A stretch of DNA of 64,000 nucleotides, taken from the NCBI RefSeq assembly GCF_009914755.1, contig NC_060926.1. One strand, written 5' to 3'. Source of the DNA: the human T2T-CHM13v2.0 reference genome, Homo sapiens. Under the pieces are notes generated by a model. It was given only the letters and a program-made list of their open reading frames with translations, did not search any database and was not told where the DNA came from. Of the stretch, positions 11,292 through 20,600 are shown in pieces (position 1 is the stretch's first letter; each line of letters opens with the position of its first letter). A program made the translations under genes and the position numbers.

Positions 11292-14200
11292 TGGTGGAAT
11301 CTGCAAGTGGATATTTGTCTAGCTTTGAGGATTTCGTTGGAAACGGGATTACATATAAAAAGCAGACAGCAGCATTCCCAGAAACTTCTTTGTGATGTTT
11401 GCATTCAAGTCACAGAGTTGAACATTCCCTTTCATAGAGCAGGTTGGAAACACTCTTTTTGTAGTATCTGGATGTGGACATTTGGAGCGCTTTCAGGCCT
11501 ATGGTGAAAAAGGAAATATCTTCCCCTGAAAACTAGACAGAAGCATTCTCAGAATCTTATTTGTGATGTGCGGACTCAACTAACAGTGTTGAAGCTTTCT
11601 TTTGATAGAGCAGTTTTGAAACACTCTTTTTGTAAAATCTGCAAGAGGATATTTGGATAGCTTGGAGGATTTCGTTGGAAACGGGATTGTCTTCATATTA
11701 ACCCTAGACAGTTGCATTCTCAGAAGCTTCATTGGGATGTTTCAATTGAAGTCACAGTGTTGAACAGTCCCTTTCATAGAGCAGGTTTGAAACACTCTTT
11801 TTGTAGCATCTGGAAGTGGACATTTGGAGCGTTCTCAGGACTACGGTGAAAAAGGAAATATCTTCCAATAAAAGCTAGATAGAAGCAATGTCAGAAACTT
11901 TTTCATGATGTATCTACTCAGCTAAAAGAGTTGAACCTTTCTTTTGAGAGAGCAGTTTTGAAACACTATTTTTGTGGAATCTGCAAGTGGATATTTGTCT
12001 AGCTTTGAGGATTTCGTTGGAAACGGGATTACATATAAAAAGCAGACAGCAGCATTCCCAGAAAGTTCTTTGTGAAATTTGCATTCAAGTCACAGACTTG
12101 AACATTCCCTTTCACAGAGCAGGTTTGAAACACTCTTTTTGTAGTATCTGGATGCGGACATTTGGAGCGCTTTCAGGCCTATGGTGAAAAAGGAAATATC
12201 TTCCCCTGAAAACAAGACAGAAGCATTCTCAGAATCTTATTTGTGATGTGCGCCCTCAACTAACAGTGTTGAAGCTTTCTTTTGATAGAGCAGTTTTGAA
12301 ACACTCTTTTTGTAAAATCTGCAAGAGGATATTTGGATAGCTTTGAGGATTTCGTTGGAAACGGGATTGTCTTCATATAGAATCTAGACAGAAGCATTCT
12401 CAGAAGCTTCATTGGGATGTTTCAATTGAAGTCACAGTGTTGAACAGTCCCTTTCATAGAGCAGGTTTGAAACACTCTTTTTGTAGCATCTGGAAGTGGA
12501 CATTTGGAGCGTTCTCAGGACTACGGTGAAAAAGGAAATATCTTCCAATAAAAGCTAGATAGAAGCAATATCATAAACTTTTTCATGATGTATCTACTCA
12601 GCTAAAAGAGTTGAACCTTTCTTTTGAGAGAGCAGTTTTCAAACACTCTTTTTGTGGAATCTGCAAGTGGATATTTGTCTGGCTTTGAAGATTTCGTTGG
12701 AAACGGGATTACATATAAAAAGCAGACAGCAGCATTCCCAGAAAGTTCTTTGTGAAATTTGCATTCAAGTCACAGACTTGAACATTCCCTTTCATAGAGG
12801 AGGTTTGAAACACTCTTTTTGTAGTATCTGGATGTGGACATTTGAAGCGCTTTCAGGCCTATGGTGAAAAAGGAAATATCTTCCCCTGAAAACTAGAGAG
12901 AAGCATTCTCAGAATCTTATTTGTGATGTGCGCCCTCAACTAACAGTGTTGAACCTTTCTTTTGATAGAGCAGTTTTGAAACACTCTTTTTGTAAAATCT
13001 GCAAGAGGATATTTGGATAGCTTTGAGGATTTCGTTGGAAACGGGATTGTCTTCATATAGAATCTAGACAGAAGCATTCTCAGAAGCTTCATTGGGATGT
13101 TTCAATTGAAGTCACAGTGTTGAACAGTCCCTTTCATAGAGCAGGTTTGAAACACTCTTTTTGTAGTATCTGGAAGTGGACATTTGGAGCGTTCTCAGGA
13201 CTACGGTGAAAAAGGAAATATCTTCCAATAAAAGCTAGATAGAAGCAATATCATAAACTTTTTCGTGATGTATCTACTCAGCTAAAAGAGTTGAACCTTT
13301 CTTTTGAGAGAGCAGTTTTCAAACACTGTTTTTGTGGAATCTGCAAGTGGATATTTGTCTGGCTTTGAGGATTTCGTTGGAAACGGGATTACATATAAAA
13401 AGCAGACAGCAGCTTTCCCAGAAAGTACTTTGTGAAATTTGCATTCAAGTCACAGACTTGAACATTCCCTTTCATAGAGCAGGTTTGAAACACTCTTTTT
13501 GTAGTATCTGGATGTGGACATTTGGAGCGCTTTCAGGCCTATGGTGAAAAAGGAAATATCTTCCCCTGAAAACTAGACAGAAGCATTCTCAGAATCTTAT
13601 TTGTGATGTGCGCCCTCAACTAACAGTGTTGAACCTTTCTTTTGATAGAGCAGTTTTGAAACACTCTTTTTGTAAAATCTGCAAGAGGATATTTGGATAG
13701 CTTTGAGGATTTCGTTGGAAACGGGATTGTCTTCATATAAACTCTAGACAGAAGCATTCTCAGAAGCTTCATTGGGATGTTTCAATTGAAGTCACAGTGT
13801 TGAACAGTCCCTTTCATAGAGCAGGTTTGAAACACTCTTTTTGTAGTATCTGGAAGTGGACATTTGGAGCGCTCTCAGGACTACGGTGAAAAAGGAAATA
13901 TCTTCCAATAAAAGCCAGATAGAAGCAATGTCAGAAACATTTTCATGATGTATCTACTCAGCTAACAGAGTTGAACCTTTCTTTCGAGAGAGCAGTTTTG
14001 AAACACTCTTTTTGTGGAATCTGCAAGTGGATATTTGTCTAGCTTTGAGGATTTCGTTGGAAACGGGATTACATATAAAAAGCAGACAGCAGCATTCCCA
14101 GAAACTTCTTTGTGATGTTTGCATTCAAGTCACAGAGTTGAACATTCCCTTTCATAGAGCAGGTTTGAAACACTCTTTTTGTAGTATCTGGATGTGGACA

Positions 14201-15371
14201 TTTGGAGCGCTTTCAGGTCTATGGTGAAAAAGGAAATATCTTCCCCTGAAAACTAGACAGAAGCATTCTCAGAATCTTATTTGTGATGTGCACCCTCAAC
14301 TAACAGTGTTGAACCTTTCTTTTGATAGAGCAGTTTTGAAACACTCTTTTTGTAAAATCTGCAAGAGGATATTTGGTTAGCTTTGAGGATTTCGTTGGAA
14401 ACGGGATTGTCTTCATATAAAATCTAGACAGAAGCATTCTCAGAAGCTTCATTGGGATGTTTCAATTGATGTCACAGAGTTGAACATTCCATTTCATAGA
14501 GCAGGTTTGAAACACTCTTTTTGTAGTATCTGGAAATGGACATTTGGAGCGCTCTCAGGACTACGGTGAAAAAGGAAATATCTTCCAATAAAAGCTAGAT
14601 AGAAGCAATGTCAGAAACATTTTCATGATGTATCTACTCAGCTAACAGAGTTGAACCTTTCTTTTGAGAGAGCAGTTTTGAAACACTCTTTTTGTGGAAT
14701 CTGCAAGTGGATATTTGTCTAGCTTTGGGGATTTCGTTGGAAACGGGATTACATATAAAAAGCAGACAGCAGCATTCCCAGAAACTTCTTTGTGATGTTT
14801 GCATTCAAGTCACAGAGTTGAACATTCCCTTTCATAGAGCAGGTTTGAAACACTCTTTTTGTAGTATCTGAATGTGGACATTTGGAGCGCTTTCAGGCCT
14901 ATGGTGAAAAAGGAAATATCTTCCCCTGAAAACTAGACAGAAGCATTCTCAGAATCTTATTTGTGATGTGCGCCCTCAACTAACAGTGTTGAAGCTTTCT
15001 TTTGATAGAGCAGTTTTTAAACACTCTTTTTGTAAAATCTGCAAGAGGATATTTGGATAGCTTTGAGGATTTCGTTGGAAACGGGATTGTCTTCATATTA
15101 ACCCTAGACAGTAGGATTCTCAGAAGCTTCATTGGGATGTTTCAATTGAAGTCACAGTGTTGAACAGTCCCTTTCATAGAGCAGGTTTGAAACACTCTTT
15201 TTGTAGTATCTGGAAGTGGACTTGTGGAGCGTTCTCAGGACTACAGTGAAAAAGGAAATATCTTCCAATAAAAGCTAGATAGAAGCAATGTCAGAAAATT
15301 TTTCATGATGTATCTACTCAGCTAACAGAGTTGAACCTTTCTTTTGAGAGAGCAGTTTTGAAACACTCTTT

Positions 15372-15709
15372 TGGTGGAATCTGCAAGTGGATATTTGTCT
15401 AGCTTTGAGGATATCGTTGGAAACGGGATTACATATAAAAAGCAGACAGCAGCATTCCCAGAAACTTCTTTGTGATGTTTGCATTCAAGTCACAGAGTTG
15501 AACATTCCCTTTCATAGAGCAGGTTTGAAACACTCTTTTTGTAGTATCTGGAAGTGGACATTTGGAGCGCTCTCAGGACTACGGTGAAAAAGGAAATATC
15601 TTCCAATAAAAGCTAGATAGAAGCAATGTCAGAAACATTTTCATGATGTATCTACTCAGCTAACAGAGTTGAACCTTTCTTTTGAGAGAGCAGTTTTGAA
15701 ACACTGTTT
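15372..15709 (+). repeat. 2-mer variant HOR (m2/m4 hybrid)
   Basis: 338-bp unit; the ORF ends 'WKWTFGALSGLR'. Confidence 0.85.
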
Positions 15710-16891
15710 TTGTGGAATCTGCAAGTGGATATTTGTCTAGCTTTGAGGATTTCGTTGGAAACGGGATTACATATAAAAAGCAGACAGCAGCATTCCCAGA
15801 AACTTCTTTGTGATGTTTGCATTCAAGTCACAGAGTTGAACATTCCCTTTCATAGAGCAGGTTTGAAACACTCTTTTTGTAGTATCTGGATGTGGACATT
15901 TGGAGCGCTTTCAGGCCTATGGTGAAAAAGGAAATATCTTCCCCTGAAAACTAGACAGAAGCATTCTCAGAAACTTATTTGTGATGTGCGCCCTCAACTA
16001 ACAGTGTTGAAGCTTTCTTTTGATAGAGCAGTTTTGAAACACTCTTTTTGTAAAATCTGCAAGGGGATATTTGGATAGCTTTGAGGATTTCGTTGGAAAC
16101 GGGATTGTCTTCATATAAACTCTAGACAGAAGCATTCTCAGAAGCTTCATTGGGATGTTTCAATTGAAGTCACAGTGTTGAACAGTCCCTTTCATAGAGC
16201 AGGTTTGAAACACTCTTTGTGTAGTATCTGGAAGTGGACATTTGGAGCGCTCTCAGGACTGTGGTGAAAAAGGAAATATCTTCCAATAAAAGCTAGATAG
16301 AAGCAATGTCAGAAACTTTTTCATGATGTATCTACTCAGCTAACAGAGTTGAACCTTCCTTTGAGAGAGCAGTTTTGAAACACTCTTTTTGTGGAATCTG
16401 CAAGTGGATATTTGTCTAGCTTTGAGGATTTCGTTGGAAACGGGATTACATATAAAAAGCAGACAGCAGCATTCCCAGAAACTACTTTGTGATGTTTGCA
16501 TTCAAGTCACAGAGTTGAACATTCCCTTTCATAGAGCAGGTTTGAAACACTCTTTTTGTAGTATCTGGATGTGGACATTTGGAGCGCTTTCGGGCCTATG
16601 GTGAAAAAGGAAATATCTTCCCCTGAAAACTAGACAGAAGCATTCTCAGAAACTTATTTGTGATGTGCGCCCTCAACTAACAGTGTTAAACCTTTCTTTT
16701 GATAGAGTAGTTTTGAAACACTGTTTGTGTAAAATCTGCAAGAGGATATTTGGATAGCTTTGAGGATTTCGTTGGAAACGGGATTGTCTTCATATAAACT
16801 CTAGACAGAAGCATTCTCAGAAGCTTCATTGGGATGTTTCAATTGAAGTCACAGTGTTGAACAGTCCCTTTCATAGAGCAGGTTTGAAACA

Positions 16892-16931
<40 letters not shown>

Positions 16932-16938
<7 letters not shown>

Positions 16939-17016
16939 AAATATGCGCACCACATACAGCTATATCCCAATTTATTTGTGTTCCAGGATATGTGAAGAAA
17001 GACATTCACTACAGCA
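16932..17016 (-). other. 85-bp L1 3' transduction (source-locus flank), copy 1
   Basis: Non-alphoid sequence that is not part of the L1Hs body, sandwiched between two poly(A) tracts. Confidence 0.88.
16971..16976 (-). terminator. AATAAA polyadenylation signal in the transduced flank
   Basis: 'tttatt' on +, 39 nt before the distal A-tail on the minus strand (slightly longer than the typical spacing). Confidence 0.65.
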
Positions 17017-17157
17017 TTTTTTTTTTTTTATTATACTCTAAGTTTTAGGGTACATGTGCACATTGTGCAGGTTAGTAACATATGTATACATGTGCCATGC
17101 TGGTGCGCTGCACCCACTAATGTGTCATCTAGCATTAGGTATATCTCCCAATGCTAT

Positions 17158-17182
17158 CCCTCCCCCCTCCCCCGACCCCACC
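17158..17182 (-). other. G-rich (G-quadruplex-prone) tract of the L1 3' UTR
   Basis: ccctcccccctcccccgaccccacc on +; a known L1 3' UTR feature. Present in all three copies. Confidence 0.7.
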
Positions 17183-17234
17183 ACAGTCCCCAGAGTGTGA
17201 TATTCCCCTTCCTGTGTCCATGTGATCTCATTGT

Positions 17235-17678
17235 TCAATTCCCACCTATGCGTGAGAATATGCGGTGTTTGGTTTTTTGTTCTTGCGATAGTTTACTGAG
17301 AATGATGGTTTCCAATTTCATCCATGTCCCTACAAAGGATATGAACTCATCATTTTTTATGGCTGCATAATATTCCATGGTGTATATGTGCCACATTTTC
17401 TTAATCCAGTCTATCATTGTTGGACATTTGGGTTGGTTCCAAGTCTTTGCTATTGTGAATAGTGCCGCAATAAACATACGTGTGCATGTGTCTTTATAGC
17501 AGCATGATTTATAGACCTTTGGGTATATACCCAGTAATGGGATGGCTGGGTCAAATGGTATTTCCAGTTCTAGATCCCTGAGGAATCGCCACACTGACTT
17601 CCACAATGGTTGAACTAGTTTAAAGTCCCACCAACAGTGTAAAAGTGTTCCTATTTCTCCGCATCCTCTCCAGCACCT
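17235..17678 (-). pseudogene. L1 ORF2p C-terminal remnant (last 147 aa, cysteine-rich domain), copy 1
   Basis: Translates RCWRGCGEIGTLLHCWWDFKLVQPLWKSVWRFLRDLELEIPFDPAIPLLGIYPKVYKSCC...HRIFSRIGGN*. No promoter and no genuine start. Confidence 0.95.
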
Positions 17679-20600
17679 TTTTTGTAGTATCTGGAAGTGG
17701 ACATTTGGAGAGTTCTCAGGAATACGGTGAAAAAGGAAATATCTTCCAATAAAAGCTAGATAGAAGCAATGTCAGAAACTTTTTAATGATGTATCTACTC
17801 AGCTAACAGAGTTGAACCTTTCTTTTGAGAGAGCAGTTTTGAAACACTCTTTTTGTGGAATCTGCAAGTGGATATTTGTCTAGCTTTGAGGATTTCGTTG
17901 GAAACGGGATTACATATAAAAAGCAGACAGCAGCATTCCCAGAAATTTCTTTGTGATGTTTGCATTCAAGTCACAGAGTTGAACATTCCCTTTCTTAGAG
18001 CAGGTTTGAAACACTCTTTTTGTAGTATCTGGATGTGGACATTTGGAGCGCTTTCAGGCCTATGGTGAAAAAGGAAATATCTTCCCCTGAAAACTAGACA
18101 GAAGCATTCTCAGAATCTTATTTGTGATGTGCGCCCTCAACTAACAGTGTTGAAGCTTTCTTTTGATAGAGCAGTTTTGAAACACTCTTTTTGTAAAATC
18201 TGCAAGAGGATATTTGGATAGGTTTGAGGATTTCGTTGAAAACGGGATTGTCTTCATATAAACTCTAGACAGAAGCATTCTCAGAAGCTTCATTGGGATG
18301 TTTCAATTGAAGTCACAGTGTTGAACAGTCCCTTTCATAGAGCAGGTTTGAAACGCTCTTTTTGTAGTATCTGGAAGTGGACATTTGGAGAGTTCTCAGG
18401 AATACGGTGAAAAAGGAAATATCTTCCAATAAAAGCTAGACAGAAGCAATGTCAGAAAATTGTTCATGATGTATCTACTCAGCTAACAGTGTTGAACCTT
18501 CCTTTTGAGAGAGCAGTTTTGAAACACTATTTTTGTGGAATCTGCAAGTGGATATTTGTCTAGATTTGAGGATTTCGTTGGAAACGGGATTACATATAAA
18601 AAGCAGACAGCAGCATTCCCAGAAACTTCTTTGTGATGTTTGCATTCAAGTCACAGAGTTGAACATTCCCTTTCATAGAGCAGGTTTGAAACACTCTTTT
18701 TGTAGTATCTGGATGTGGACATTTGGAGCGCTTTCAGGCCTATGGTGAAAAAGGAAATATCTTCCCCTGAAAACTAGACAGAAGCATTCTCAGAAACTTA
18801 TTTGTGATGTGCGCCCTCAACTAACAGTGTTGAAGCTTTCTTTTGATAGAGCAGTTTTGAAACACTCTTTTTGTAAAATCTGCAAGAGGATATTTGGATA
18901 GCTTTGAGGATTTCGTTGGAAACGGGATTGTCTTCATATAAACTCTAGACAGAAGCATTCTCAGAAGCTTCATTGGGATGTTTCAATTGAAGTCACAGTG
19001 TTGAACAGTCCCTTTCATAGAGCAGGTTTGAAAAACTCATTTTGTAGTATCTGGAAGTGGACATTTGGAGCGCTCTCAGGACTACGGTGAAAAAGGAAAT
19101 ATCTTCCAATAAAAGCTAGATAGAAGCAATGTCAGAAACATTTTCATGATGTATCTACTCAGCTAACAGAGTTGAACCTTTCTTTTGAGAGAGCAGTTTT
19201 GAAACACTCTTTTTGTGGAATCTGCAAGTGGAAATTTGTCTAGATTTGAGGATTTCGTTGGAAACGGGATTACATATAAAAAGCAGACAGCAGCATTCCC
19301 AGAAACTTCTTTGTGATGTTTGTATTCAAGTCACAGAGTTGAACATTCCCTTTCATAGAGCAGGTTTGAAACACTCTTTTTGTAGTATCTGGATGTGGAC
19401 ATTTGGAGCGCTTTCAGGCCTATGGTGAAAAAGGAAATATCTTCCCCTGAAAACTAGACAGAAGCATTCTCAGAATCTTATTTGTGATGTGCGCCCTCAA
19501 CTAACAGTGTTGAAGCTTTCTTTTGATAGAGCAGTTTTGAAACACCCTTTTTGTAAAATCTGCAAGAGGATATTTGGATAGCTTTGAGGATTTCGTTGGA
19601 AACGGGATTGTCTTCATATAAACTCTAGACAGAAGCATTCTCAGAAGCTTCATTGGGATGTTTCAACAGAAGTCACAGTGTTGAACAGTCCCTTTCATAG
19701 AGCAGGTTTGAAACACTCTTTTTGTAGTATGTGGAAGTGGACATTTGGAGAGTTCTCAGGAATACCGTGAAAAAGGAAATATCTTCCAATAAAAGCTAGA
19801 TAGAAGCAATGTCAGAAACTTTTTCATGATGTATCTACTCAGCTAACAGAGTTGAACCTTTCTTTTGAGAGAGCAGTTTTGAAACACTCTTTTTGTGGAA
19901 TCTGCAAGTGGATATTTGACTAGCTTTGAGGATTTCGTTGGAAACGGGATTATATATAAAAAGCAGACAGCAGCATTCCCAGAAACTTCTTTGTGATGTT
20001 TGCATTTAAGTGACAGAGTTGAACATTCCCTTTCATAGAGCAGGTTTGAAACACTCTTTTTGTAGTATCTGGATGTGGAAATTTGGAGCGCTTTCAGGCC
20101 TATGGTGAAAAAGGAAATATCTTCCCCTGAAAACTAGACAGAAGTAGTCTCAGAAACTTATTTGTGATGTGCGCCCTCAACTAACAGTGTTGAAGCTTTC
20201 TTTTCACAGAGCCGTTTTGAAACACGCTTTTTGTAAAATCTGCAAGAGGATATTTGGATAGCTTTGAGGATTTCGTTGGAAGCGGGATTGTCTGCATATA
20301 AACTCTAGACAGAAGCATTCTCAGAAGCTTCATTGGGATGTTTCAATTGAAGTCACAGTGTTGAACAGTCCCTTTCATAGAGCAGGTTTGAAACACTCTT
20401 TTTGTAGTATCTGGAAGTGCACATTTGGAGCGATCTCAGGACTACGGCGAAAAAGGAAATATCTTCCAATAAAAGCTAGATAGAAGCAATGTCAGAAACA
20501 TTTTCGTGATGTATCTACTCAGCTAACAGAGTTGAAACTTTCTTTTGAGAGAGCAGTTTTGAAACACTCTTTTTGTGGAATCTGCAAGTGGATATTTGTC

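Larger units (their letters stand above)
16895..17678 (-). mobile_element. 5'-truncated L1Hs-Ta insertion with 3' transduction, copy 1
   Basis: On +: T37 (16895-16931, including up to 5 target T), 85-bp non-alphoid segment (16932-17016), T13 (17017-17029), L1 3' end (17030-17678). Minus strand reads CTAGATGACACATTAG (Ta ACA at 17121-17123) and AAAACTTAGAGTATAAT (L1Hs G at 17038). HOR spacing here is 1464 = 680+784. Confidence 0.97.

Noticed and set aside
16854-17370. Plus-strand ORFs over the insert (poly-Phe ORF; 104-141 aa ORFs, also at 29196, 29285, 35543)
   Set aside because: These are translations of the poly(T) and the antisense L1 3' end, and their frames change with homopolymer length between copies.
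17235-17606. 123-aa ORF as a functional gene
   Set aside because: It is the promoterless C-terminal fragment of L1 ORF2p, with an internal TTG scored as the start.
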